A DNA stretch of 64,000 nt from Candidatus Ozemobacteraceae bacterium (GTDB lineage: Bacteria; Muiribacteriota; Ozemobacteria; Ozemobacterales; Ozemobacteraceae), in assembly GCA_965140445.1 (NCBI GenBank), contig OZ223236.1:928001-992000 (forward strand), in the 5' to 3' direction. The notes beneath the pieces were generated by a model. The model saw nothing but the letters and a program-made list of their open reading frames with translations. It did no database searches and was not told the origin of the DNA. Shown here piece by piece: positions 55,180-64,000 of the stretch. Position 1 is the first letter of the stretch. Every line of letters starts with the position of its first letter. A program made the position numbers and the translations under genes.

Positions 55180-56046
55180 CTAGAAAAGGAATGAGTCTAT
55201 AGCTTCCTTTTCAGTTAACTTTCTCCCATCATTTTTTACATTCCAAATTAGACATGCATTTTTTAAGAAACCCTTTTTTTTAAAAAGGCTGAGCGATGCT
55301 ATTACATCCTTTTCCCATTGCATATTCTGCCGAAACATGTAAAATTCTTTTTCATGTTTCTCTTGGAAGTAACTAACCAACAATATACTTTTGCCAGTTT
55401 TTCTATTTAACAGGTGGGTGTTAAAAAATGCTGCCAACTGTTTTGCTTCTTTGCTCTTATCTATACTATCTTTAGTAAATATTTCAAAAAATACAAATAC
55501 ATCTGGTTTTTTCCATGGATAATTCTTTTTGTTTACCAATTTCTCCAGAAGTATTCCTAAAGAAATTTCCTCAAGATTTAGAAGATTAATTTTCTCATCT
55601 TTTAAGCGAATAAAATCAAAATTGTCTCTAAAACCATAGTTATTCTTTTTACAATACTCAGTAAAATCTTTAACATCATTAATATAATTCACTCTTCTTT
55701 CAGAAGCCATAATAGATGGCAAGCGATCTGAAAAGGTGCTAATTTTTTGTCCAGACTTGTAGTTCTTTATTGGTCCACCGTTAACCCAAAAACGAATTTG
55801 TGGGTCAAATTTGGCAATTCCCCATGCTTGAAAGTAAGTTCCACCGGGTATGCGTCCTGCGATTAATTTTTCAATTTCAAACTCCTGAGCATATTTTTGC
55901 TTTAAGTAATTCTTCATCTGTTTTTTGACGTTGGTTTGAACATCATTCTTTGCAAAATACCCATTGGAGACTATACCAATAAAAATCAAAAATAGTATAT
56001 AGAAAACATCTTTCCCAATTGGTGAAAAGTGTCTAGATTTTGTCAT
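55180..56046 (-). CDS. Hypothetical membrane-anchored protein (paralogue A)
   Basis: N-terminal TM then KKQMKNYLKQKYAQEFEIEK..DPQIRF; very AT-rich. Confidence 0.75.
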   Translation of the reverse strand: MTKSRHFSPIGKDVFYILFLIFIGIVSNGYFAKNDVQTNVKKQMKNYLKQKYAQEFEIEKLIAGRIPGGTYFQAWGIAKFDPQIRFWVNGGPIKNYKSGQKISTFSDRLPSIMASERRVNYINDVKDFTEYCKKNNYGFRDNFDFIRLKDEKINLLNLEEISLGILLEKLVNKKNYPWKKPDVFVFFEIFTKDSIDKSKEAKQLAAFFNTHLLNRKTGKSILLVSYFQEKHEKEFYMFRQNMQWEKDVIASLSLFKKKGFLKNACLIWNVKNDGRKLTEKEAIDSFLF

Positions 56047-56100
56047 CGAGTTGCAGTCTCCTAGTCTATTTAATTTTTAAACCAATTGTAGTACATTGTT

Positions 56101-56393
56101 TAATCTCTGTGTACATTTGCTTTAGCTTCCGGTTTTCTTCTTCCAGTTCTTTAAGCCGTCTAATATCTGAGGCTTCCATTCCTCCATATTTACTTTTCCA
56201 GTTATAGTAAGTTGCGGGTATAGCCATGTTCGCGGCTTACTTCTTTTCCCGAGCGACCGCCTGCAACTTCATTCAAAATCTTAAAAATCTGGTGTTCACT
56301 GAATTTTGTTTTTCGCATACATACTTCTCCTATATCTTACAAATATGAAGAATTTTCGTTTTTCCAATGGTCCTATTTTATGGGATAAATACA
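56101..56393 (-). mobile_element. IS3-family remnant: left end plus frameshifted, truncated orfA
   Basis: ATG 56318 gives MRKTKFSEHQIFKILNEVAGGRSGKEVSREHG, then after a frameshift PATYYNWKSKYGGMEASDIRRLKELEEENRKLKQMY. Upstream TGTATTTATCCCATAAAATAGGACCA resembles an IS3 IRL. No orfB. Confidence 0.88.
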
Positions 56394-56443
56394 CTTCCAT
56401 TTCGTATTGATTATACATTGAATTTTTCCTTCAAAAGATGTTG

Positions 56444-57349
56444 TTAAAAAAATTGCGACTTAAGGATTAAATCTTTGGTAAGGGTATTGCCGCTATTTTC
56501 AAAACTAAACAACAAAAACGAGTGTAATAAATACCCCTTTTTATTGCAATTTTCTAATTTTTCTCTGTAATTTAACACTTCACCTTTGGGACCAATTTGT
56601 TCTAGATATGGTATCTCTACTTTTCTATCCTGATAATTCACACATACAATGTACCGAGAAAACTTGTTTTTTCTAAAAAATTGATTCAAAACTTTTGCTA
56701 ACTTACCTGCTTCAATTGCCCTCTGAAATTTTTTTCTATCGATTCTGATTTTAATAAAAATACACGCATCCGGTGCTGAACCAACTGGTTTAAATTCGGC
56801 GCGAATTTTATCAAGATTTAGTTCTTTGTATTCTTTATTAGTACCATTAATAAAAATAATAAAAATAGATGTCGAAGAAAACCCAGCTTCCAACAGTAGT
56901 TTTTCTAGATTCTCGGATCGTATTTTTCTATTAATAGACATGAAATCATCGCTTATAGCTTCTTTATCTTTGATTTTATAGTCGTCTTTGCTGAACATAT
57001 AAAATTCTGATTTAATTCTGAACCTCATCTGTGGATCGGTTTCTGGAGAAGCATATGCTCTATAACCAACGCCCCACATATCTCCAATGAGAAAAGGCCT
57101 TTCAACAATAAATTTTCGTTGATATTTTTGGGTTAAATAAACCTCGAACTCCTTTTTCACCTTTGTATTTTTCCAGGATAATTCGGATCGAAGATATGAT
57201 TGATAGTAAATGTAATAAATAAAAGGAAAGTTAGATTTTAATCTTGGACGCAGTCGTTCTGAAACAAATTTTGGCGTGCACCACCAAAAAAACGTAAATA
57301 TGAGAAAAAGCCCTAAAGCTATCGCGTACATTTTTTTTATGGTTTTCAT
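56444..57349 (-). CDS. Hypothetical membrane-anchored protein (paralogue B)
   Basis: N-terminal TM; KKEFEVYLTQKYQRKFIVER..DPQMRF; colinear similarity to 55180-56046. Confidence 0.75.
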   Translation of the reverse strand: MKTIKKMYAIALGLFLIFTFFWWCTPKFVSERLRPRLKSNFPFIYYIYYQSYLRSELSWKNTKVKKEFEVYLTQKYQRKFIVERPFLIGDMWGVGYRAYASPETDPQMRFRIKSEFYMFSKDDYKIKDKEAISDDFMSINRKIRSENLEKLLLEAGFSSTSIFIIFINGTNKEYKELNLDKIRAEFKPVGSAPDACIFIKIRIDRKKFQRAIEAGKLAKVLNQFFRKNKFSRYIVCVNYQDRKVEIPYLEQIGPKGEVLNYREKLENCNKKGYLLHSFLLFSFENSGNTLTKDLILKSQFF

Positions 57350-57726
57350 AGACGTTCCCTAGTGTGTTCAAATAAGATTAAAAAATCTAAAATCCAAGAA
57401 TTTTACATAATTTGATTTGACTAAGGTGTTTTGTGTGAATTAACCCTGCAAAAATTTGCCCCGGCACACCAAAGCAAAAAAGGAGTAAGCTTATTCTTAG
57501 ATACTAGGAAACTAGACAATATTTTACACAACCTTTTCTCTAATGTAAAATAACAATAAAACCCTTTGTTATTCTTGGAGAAATAAAATAGTTTACTTGC
57601 TGTGTCAAGTTTTATGTTTTTTGCAACTCAAAAGGTCCTACTTTTGCTTAAGCGCTCAATAAACTCCATCTTTCTTTTGCCTGTTTTTTGTGCCAATCTT
57701 TTTTTTATTTGATTGGTGGTTCGCCT

Positions 57727-57851
57727 ATGAAACGAAAAAAGCTGATAAAGCATTCTCGGGCTTTTGGTCCAAACATGTTAATGAATGGAATAAAAGTGGG
57801 TTAAGTCAGGCAGAATACTGCCGCAGGAAAGATCAGTGCAAGCGCTTTTGA
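57727..57851 (+). pseudogene. IS66-family TnpA-like accessory gene fragment
   Basis: Frame from 57762 reads FWSKHVNEWNKSGLSQAEYCRRK, matching the W..H...W..SGLS..EYCR pattern. Truncated. Confidence 0.65.
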
Positions 57852-58412
57852 TCACCAAAAGAGTATTTTAGAGTATTGCTTAAAAAATTCCTGAACTAAA
57901 AACAGAAAAAGATTTCAAGCAATACATCCCTCAGAACATTGATAAATTAATCATTCAAGCAGAGAAAGAAAAATACTTTTAAAGGTGGTTTATTGAGCGC
58001 TTGCTTCTCTTCCATAATCTTGAAGTTGTTCTCTTAATCAACTTAAAAAAGCCAAATTTTGGATTTACTACAATTTTTCAAACTAGCTCCTTACTAACGC
58101 AGAAAATCGCTTCATCTCTAATTTGTGACAGCTTGATGCTGATCGCTTTCAATTATATTGGCTTTAACATTGATTGTTTTCGGAAAGAATTGATTAGTTT
58201 TGGATTGCATGCAGTTAGAGCTTCAAATTTGAATATAATAGGACAAGGCTCAACATTATTAGATAAAATTCATTGCTTTAATTATGGAATTTCTTATGTG
58301 ATCAAAGCTTTCTAGAATTTTGGCAACTTTAAAATTTTGGACACTGTTGCTTGAAGTTATGGATTTTATGGGTATTGAAAGAATCAATAATAAATAGTAA
58401 GGAGAAGTTATT

Positions 58413-58817
58413 ATGTTAGCAAAATGTTTATGTGGGCAATTGCAGGTAGAAGTAAATTATGAGATAAAAAAAACTTCTATCTGTCATTGCGTGGCCTGTC
58501 AGCGTAGAACAGGGAGCGCTTTTGGTTTTCAAGCAGCGGTCCCAAAAGCAAAAATTAAGGTTGTTGGTGATTACTCAACATATCGAAGAGTTCCTGAAGA
58601 AGGAGGATGGGTTGATTCACACTTTTGTGCAACTTGCGGTTCAACCGTTTTCTATGAGATTGATGATTTTCCAAATGATATGGGGATTGCTCTGGGAACA
58701 CTGGCTGACTATGACTTCTCTTTTAAAGAATTACCGGCACCCTGTTTTTCTGTTTACAAAGATCATAAGCTTAAATGGGTTGAGATTCCTCCTTCAGTGA
58801 CTGAAGACTGGGACTAA
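58413..58817 (+). CDS. GFA/CENP-V family protein
   Basis: CLCG, CHCVACQRRTGS, FCATCGS. Confidence 0.92.
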   Translation: MLAKCLCGQLQVEVNYEIKKTSICHCVACQRRTGSAFGFQAAVPKAKIKVVGDYSTYRRVPEEGGWVDSHFCATCGSTVFYEIDDFPNDMGIALGTLADYDFSFKELPAPCFSVYKDHKLKWVEIPPSVTEDWD

Positions 58818-58886
58818 ATTTCTTAAAAAGTAGTCTTTGATGAATGAAATAACACTAAGAAGTAATTTATCTATGGAGGTTTCAAA

Positions 58887-59393
58887 ATGAATGCACCTGT
58901 GTTAGCCAATTTTGATTTTGCAAAGCTTTGGGATGCTATGGAGGCAAAACGAAAACAGAAGAATTTTACCGAAAGACAAATGATGGATGATCTCAATGTC
59001 GTAAACAATCAGGCTCATCTCAGTCCCATTAGTCTTGCTACTTTGAAGGGAATAATGGAAAGGAATACTACTACTTGCCAACACGCACTTCACATGTGCC
59101 GGTGGGTTAACAAAACTCTTGAGAGTTTCCTTGAAGGCAAAGAAGAATCAGAACCGCTTCCGTTTTCTTCCGAAGGGCGACTTTACTGGAGCATGCCCAA
59201 ACTTGCAGATGCTTTGAAAACTTATAAAGACCAAAGAGGAATCAGTTGGAAAGAATTGGCCCAGGAATTAGATTGCTCCCCAGGTCAGTTGAGCGGATTG
59301 CATAAAGCTACTTATGGAATAAACATTCATCTTGCAATGAGAATTACTCAGTTAATAGGCCGAAAATCGGTTGATTTTATAAGAGTAATTTAG
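58887..59393 (+). CDS. Protein of two tandem XRE/Cro-like HTH repeats
   Basis: Two similar halves: FAKLWDAMEAKRKQKNFT..HALHMCRWVNKTLESF and MPKLADALKTYKDQRGISWKELAQEL..LAMRITQLIGRKSVDF. Confidence 0.7.
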   Translation: MNAPVLANFDFAKLWDAMEAKRKQKNFTERQMMDDLNVVNNQAHLSPISLATLKGIMERNTTTCQHALHMCRWVNKTLESFLEGKEESEPLPFSSEGRLYWSMPKLADALKTYKDQRGISWKELAQELDCSPGQLSGLHKATYGINIHLAMRITQLIGRKSVDFIRVI

Positions 59394-59702
59394 CTCAGAA
59401 ATAAATGCTCCGCAAAGTAGAAAGTTCCGGGATAGTCTGCAAGTTTTTTTTTGTTGAAAATATAACCTGGGATATGACGATTAAGTAACACTCATTTTAG
59501 AACGAATCGAACTAAAATTTTGAAGTGGAACTTTTTTTAAGGTTTTGTAAAATTGGTCTTTTAAAGATGCGGGGCCAAAGTCTCCGAAGTTTTGAGTGCT
59601 GAAGCTTAAAGCGGAGGAGAAAAATGACCCGCATGAATAAGAATATAGTTTTTACAGAAGTTTGTGACCAGCTAAACTTAGAAGGATTTAACGGGATTGC
59701 TG

Positions 59703-59908
59703 GGTTTACAACGAATGTGCCGCGACACCTTGGCTCCCGGGGGGATTTAGAAACTGTCAGATAAAAGCTTAGAGCAGTGATTTCATCTTTAAAATCACCG
59801 CTCTAAGAGTAAAACTTGCCTGTTTTTAGCGCTGTTATTATTTGTTAATCAAGCTTTTCGCTGGTCCGACCCTCTTACCCTCCCTCTTACCCTTACCCTC
59901 TTACCCTT
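59703..59908. repeat. Structured non-coding element, copy 1
   Basis: Shares GAATGTGCCGCGACACC, TGGCTCCCGG, TTGTTAA.CAA, CTTTTCGCTGG and CCCTCTT, in the same order, with copy 2. Confidence 0.7.
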
Positions 59909-60080
59909 TATGAAGAATGGATTGCAGGCCCAAGATACCTTAATTACGAATCAATAGCTGAACTCAACGCTGAGGAACTAAATTACAGAAAAAAGGTTGA
60001 ATAACCCAATATGGATCTACTAAAATAGTTCTTGATGCAGATTTTAATTCTGAAGAAAATGCTGATAAGGTTGTTGTTCT

Positions 60081-60563
60081 TTGACTTTGCCAATAGAAAT
60101 AAAATTGAATTTTTCCGAAACCGAGTTTGAAGAGAAATTTTATCCGGTTCTTGAAAATAAGATTTTTCATTTAACTTCTGTGGATTAATATAAAAGCATT
60201 AAAAAGTCTGGGGTTATTTTTCCAAGTGGAAAAGGCTATAAATCAACCTCAAAATATTCAAACATAAGTACAGGAAAACACTTAAATGCAGTTTGCCTGT
60301 TTGATTTGAGGGAGAAAACAAGAAAAGAAATCGCATTGGGAAAATCATTCTATGATTTTCTTTCTTCAAAAAAATTATCTTCTGGAATGGTTTATCTCAT
60401 TGTCGATGAAAAGTTTTATAGAGACATCATAATTCCGGCGAAGCTTGATAGTTTTACTCGTGACGAAACTATGTATCTGCCGGATATAGAAAGCTGGCAT
60501 AAAGGCGAACTTTCATTAGAGAAGTTAAGATGTGTTTGCGTAGTAAATTTAAAGAAGGTCTAA
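60081..60563 (+). pseudogene. ADP-ribosyltransferase-fold-like gene interrupted by one TAA (60186-60188)
   Basis: The track ORF 60306-60563 extends in frame upstream to TTG 60081: ..KIFHLTSVD*YKSIKKSGVIFPS..AVCLFD..IESWHKGELSLEKL. Confidence 0.55.
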
Positions 60564-60697
60564 GCCTGTTACTCTTTTCTAGGGTTTTGTTGTTTTAGAG
60601 AATAGCGAATTTGGCTCTATATGACATGAAAAAGGTGTTGAAATTAAACCTAATCATGAGAGTTTTACATGTTTTTCTCTCATCTTATTGAAAAAAT

Positions 60698-60903
60698 GGG
60701 CAAGGCGAAGGCTGTCGCTCTTAGGTGCGGTTGCAAGGGAGCAGCCAGACCGAAGCCGCCCCGAGGTTTTTACCGGAATGTGCCGCGACACCGGGGCCGC
60801 CTGGCTCCCGGCGGGGGTGGGTCTTTCCAGAGGATTAACCAAAGGTTAGAAGCCCCTTGTTAACCAATGCAACAAAAATAACTTTTCGCTGGAACGCCCT
60901 CTT
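60698..60903. repeat. Structured non-coding element, copy 2 (GC-rich, with an extra 5' hairpin)
   Basis: Same motif blocks as copy 1; GC-rich patch in AT-rich surroundings; several inverted repeats. Confidence 0.7.
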
Positions 60904-60988
60904 CAACCTTCAAACCAACCTTTTTATACAGCGGCAACCATTCTAGAGGGAATCGAACTAAATTTGTATTTTACCAATTTGTTCAAAA

Positions 60989-61017
60989 TTGATTTTTTTA
61001 GTTTTTTAAAATATACT
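60989..61017 (+). promoter_or_regulatory. Putative sigma70 promoter
   Basis: TTGATT-N17-TATACT about 145 nt upstream of the ATG at 61164. Confidence 0.6.
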
Positions 61018-61163
61018 AATTTCTGGCAGCTGATTCATGCCTCCCCCCTTCGCTGGGAAAGCACCAGAGTGCAGAATGGAAGAGCTTTTGTTCATGTAAA
61101 ACCTTTAATTAGGCTTTAGGCATAAGAAGGGAGTGCTTAAATAGTTTATATTGGAGGAATTAT

Positions 61164-61958
61164 ATGAAATTATCTGCGCCTATTCACGTTTTAAAGTCAC
61201 AGGCGAAAAGCTTGAAAAAACAAGCTGGCATTACTTCTGTTGAAGCACTTAACAGAATCGCTCAACAAGAGGGTTACAGCTCCTGGTCTCTGTTGAAATC
61301 CAGAGAAAACAACATCTTTCCAAATTCTTATGGCGAAATTCTCGATTTTTTTAATGACGGGGATTTGGTTTTGATTGGTGGAAGACCTGGGCAGGGGAAA
61401 ACAATTTTTACATTGGGGCTATTGGTTCAGGCGTTGCAAAAACAAGTGTTTCCGGGCTATGTGTTTACTCTTTGTGAAACTCCTAAAAGTATCATTGAAA
61501 GAATTAAGTGCTATAACTCAAACATAGTTCCAGACGGGGAAAAATTCGTTCTCGACTATTCGAATAAAATTTGTGCTGAGTACATTATTGAGCAAACCAG
61601 AGGGAAACTAAAAAGTGGCTCAATAATAGTTATAGATTATTTACAGCAGCTGGATGAGAAAAGGGTAAACCCACCAATTCAGGAACAAATTGTTGCTTTG
61701 AAAGCTTATGCGAAAGAGCAAAAATGCAAAATTATTTTCATTTCTCAAATTAGACGGGAAGTGGAATATCAGGAGTCCAAGACTCTTACTATAAAAGATG
61801 TCAGGTCTCCGAATCCATTCGATAAAAATCTGATTAACAAAATGATTCTGATGCAGCAAAGTTCAAAAGATCCATCAAAAGTTTCAGTTCAAATCAATTC
61901 AAAAACACCCCATCAATTTGAAGTTAACTTTTCAAGGGAAAAAAGAATCTTCTATTAG
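61164..61958 (+). CDS. Short DnaB/RecA-fold ATPase with small N-terminal helical domain
   Basis: GGRPGQGKT, IVIDYLQ, IFISQI. The N-terminus LKSQAKSLKK..EALNRIAQQEGYSSWSLL replaces the normal DnaB N-domain. Confidence 0.8.
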   Translation: MKLSAPIHVLKSQAKSLKKQAGITSVEALNRIAQQEGYSSWSLLKSRENNIFPNSYGEILDFFNDGDLVLIGGRPGQGKTIFTLGLLVQALQKQVFPGYVFTLCETPKSIIERIKCYNSNIVPDGEKFVLDYSNKICAEYIIEQTRGKLKSGSIIVIDYLQQLDEKRVNPPIQEQIVALKAYAKEQKCKIIFISQIRREVEYQESKTLTIKDVRSPNPFDKNLINKMILMQQSSKDPSKVSVQINSKTPHQFEVNFSREKRIFY

Positions 61959-62343
61959 CGTCTAAACTAATAGGGCAGGCAACTTTGCTTGCTCTATTTT
62001 TATCTCTTAAAGAACGTTTTTTACTCTCCCTCTCGAAAGTAAGGTCGAAGTTGATTTTGTTTGTTATAGCGCAAACTTCCGATAAATGCTTCCCAGAATC
62101 AAACTGGAATCAGGTTCTGAAAAAACATAATTTTAATTTTCAATGTTTTCGACCAGGGAAATCAAAATAAGCAAAAATATGATTATCCGTTGATCTCAAT
62201 GTCCATTAATTTGTTAAAACTTGTAAAAAAAATCAATATTCCAAGTATTTTAGGATGGAACTCTGTATTTTTGAAGCAAAATGTGGCATATAATAGTGTG
62301 CCAAAGATTTATAAAATTTATTAAGGAAATAAGAAGACAGACC

Positions 62344-64000
62344 ATGTATCTTAAGTCCCTTGAACTGATGGGCTTTAAGTCCTTTGGAAGAAAAACAGTA
62401 TTCGATCTGCAGCCAGGAATTACCGCTATTATCGGGCCTAACGGCTCGGGAAAAAGTAATATTTGTGATGCAATCAGATGGGTATTAGGTGAGCAAAGCG
62501 CTAAAGCCCTTCGCGGAACAAAGATGGCTGAGGTTATTTTTGCCGGTTCAAATCAGCTTAGACCAGCTGCTTTTGCCCAGGTAAAGCTCGTTCTTGATAA
62601 CGAGGATCGAATGATGCCAATGGATTTTTCCGAAGTTAGTATTGGTCGTCAATTATATAAATCCGGGGAAAGCAACTACTATGTAAATAGCACCAGAACC
62701 CTGTTGACCAGCATCAAAGAAATGCTTATGGATACCGGGATTGGCAAAGACGGCTATTCTGTAATTGGGCAGGGCGATATTGATGATATTATTTTTCAGA
62801 GAACCCAATCCAGACGAGCGTTAATAGAAGAAGCTGCCGGAATAACCAAGTTTAAACATAGAAAACAAAGCACTCTCAACAAGCTTTCGCACACAAAAGC
62901 CAATATTACAAGGCTAAACGATATTATCAGCGAAATTGAAGCCCAGCTTGGTCCTCTGGCTGAGCAGGCTGAGAAAACCAGAAAATACCAGGCTCTTGCG
63001 GCTGAACTGCGCCAATTAGAAATAGATCTGGTTTTGTTTGATCTAAACAAACTCCGCGGTGAGCATGAAAATATCAACTCCATGCGGCAGGGATTATTGG
63101 CAAAAGTTGAGGAGATTGAAAAATTTCTTCGAGAGGTTGATGAGAAAAAAGCAGCGGCGCGAGAGCGATTTGCCGAGTTTGAAAGTGTTCTCGAAAGTCG
63201 CCAGGTCGAGGTGCGAAAAGTTGTTAGTCTCATGGACGCTGAAAGAGAGAAGGGCGCTTCGATAAAAGAAGAGATTCGCAGTAACCAGGCGAGAAGTCAG
63301 GCGATCCTTGAAGAAGTCGAAAATATTGACTCCATGCTTTCTGATGGTGGCGCAGAAATTCTTGAAGCCGAAGATAGACTTAAAGGCGAGGAATCCAGAG
63401 AAGCAGAAGTTCGTTCAGGCATCGATGAGGTTGAGGCTCAGGCTTCATCTGTAAAAGCTGAATTGGATGAGCATTTGCAGGAACTCTCTCAAGGAAAAGA
63501 ATCTGTTTTTAAAATTGCTGTTGCCATAACAGATCGGAAAAATAGAATTAATACTGCCGAACAACAGATGCAAATTCTTGGCAGACAGCTTGATAAAGGC
63601 GAGTCTGATATCTCAAACTTTGAAGGTCAGCTTGATAAATTAAAGACTGAAAACAGTCGTCTCAACATGGAAATTTCTACCATGAAGAGTGAAATTGAAG
63701 AAAATACTGCCGCTTTACAGGATGAAGCAACTCGTCTGAATAAGGTGGAAAGAGAATTTAAAAGCACTGAAGAAGAGCTTATTGGTGCATCTGATCAAAT
63801 TAAGATTTTCAGAGCAAGAGCTAATATCCTGGAAGAACTCAAATACAGCCGGGATAGTGGTATTTACAGAGGCGTTCAAGCTGCTTTAGCTTTAAAAGAA
63901 ACTGGAAGATTGCCAGACATTCACGGAATTGTGGGGGACTTGATTAAAGTTCCCAAAGGCTTTGAAACAGCATTTGAAACAGCACTGGGTGGAAGCATTC
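62344..64000 (+). CDS. smc: Chromosome segregation protein SMC (5' part, runs off window)
   Basis: Manual translation MYLKSLELMGFKSF..IIGPNGSGKSNICDAIRWVLGEQSAKALRG, then coiled coil and the hinge start GIVGDLIKVPKGFETAFETALGG. Confidence 0.95.
   Translation, partial: MYLKSLELMGFKSFGRKTVFDLQPGITAIIGPNGSGKSNICDAIRWVLGEQSAKALRGTKMAEVIFAGSNQLRPAAFAQVKLVLDNEDRMMPMDFSEVSIGRQLYKSGESNYYVNSTRTLLTSIKEMLMDTGIGKDGYSVIGQGDIDDIIFQRTQSRRALIEEAAGITKFKHRKQSTLNKLSHTKANITRLNDIISEIEAQLGPLAEQAEKTRKYQALAAELRQLEIDLVLFDLNKLRGEHENINSMRQGLLAKVEEIEKFLREVDEKKAAARERFAEFESVLESRQVEVRKVVSLMDAEREKGASIKEEIRSNQARSQAILEEVENIDSMLSDGGAEILEAEDRLKGEESREAEVRSGIDEVEAQASSVKAELDEHLQELSQGKESVFKIAVAITDRKNRINTAEQQMQILGRQLDKGESDISNFEGQLDKLKTENSRLNMEISTMKSEIEENTAALQDEATRLNKVEREFKSTEEELIGASDQIKIFRARANILEELKYSRDSGIYRGVQAALALKETGRLPDIHGIVGDLIKVPKGFETAFETALGGSI

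Noticed and set aside
58001..58315. 104-aa plus-strand ORF, or a decayed gene on the opposite strand
   Set aside because: TTG start without RBS and no motif. The minus strand has several stops and nothing I can assign.
59964..60170. 68-aa minus-strand ORF
   Set aside because: Antisense to the more convincing plus-strand pseudogene.
60186..60188. Stop-codon reassignment explaining the internal TAA
   Set aside because: TAA, TAG and TGA all terminate conserved genes in this window (tpx and rpsF with TAA, ssb and dnaB with TAG, gspF with TGA).
60654..60863. Two overlapping GC-rich ORFs
   Set aside because: They lie within the palindromic repeat element and have atypical composition.
59703..60903. 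Integron attC sites
   Set aside because: No clear RYYYAAC...GTTRRRY boxes framing the palindromes and no integrase in the window.
62796..63265. Track ORFs at 62796 (-) and 63059 (+)
   Set aside because: Shadows of smc, which the track omits because it is truncated by the window edge.

Overview
Bacterial chromosomal window, AT-rich by eye. The organism is diderm (GspD secretin, LpxK) but also encodes an SLH protein and a CsaB-type pyruvyltransferase. The gene style suggests a deep-branching lineage such as Ca. Riflebacteria, which is an unverified impression. From left to right: (1) a truncated giant lipoprotein with nine exact 89-aa Ig-like repeats; (2) housekeeping and envelope genes (tpx, ABC exporter trio, SLH protein, Zn-PLC/S1-P1 family enzyme, nth); (3) a type II secretion operon gspC-M; (4) directly downstream, a surface-protein cluster: a 2626-aa multi-beta-sandwich protein ending in a GPS-like HL|TKFAVL motif and an unusual 2x55-aa dockerin-like domain, a lipoprotein with a (TS)n stalk, a stand-alone copy of the same dockerin-like domain, two lipoproteins sharing an N-terminal module (M30-like protease, RCC1 propeller) and a GT-C-type glycosyltransferase; (5) rpsF-ssb-rpsR-yybS-rplI-dnaB with an S6:S18-type leader; (6) a glycosyltransferase/csaB/lpxK operon, PLD and an Xdh Mo subunit; (7) an accessory region (~55.1-62.0 kb) with IS3 and IS66 relics, a paralogue pair, two copies of a structured non-coding element bracketing an ADP-ribosyltransferase-like pseudogene, and a short DnaB-like ATPase; (8) the 5' part of smc. 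The best candidate for an undescribed system is the T2SS-linked, dockerin-like, possibly self-cleaving surface assembly at 12-39 kb. All family calls come from motif recognition by eye; no searches were run.
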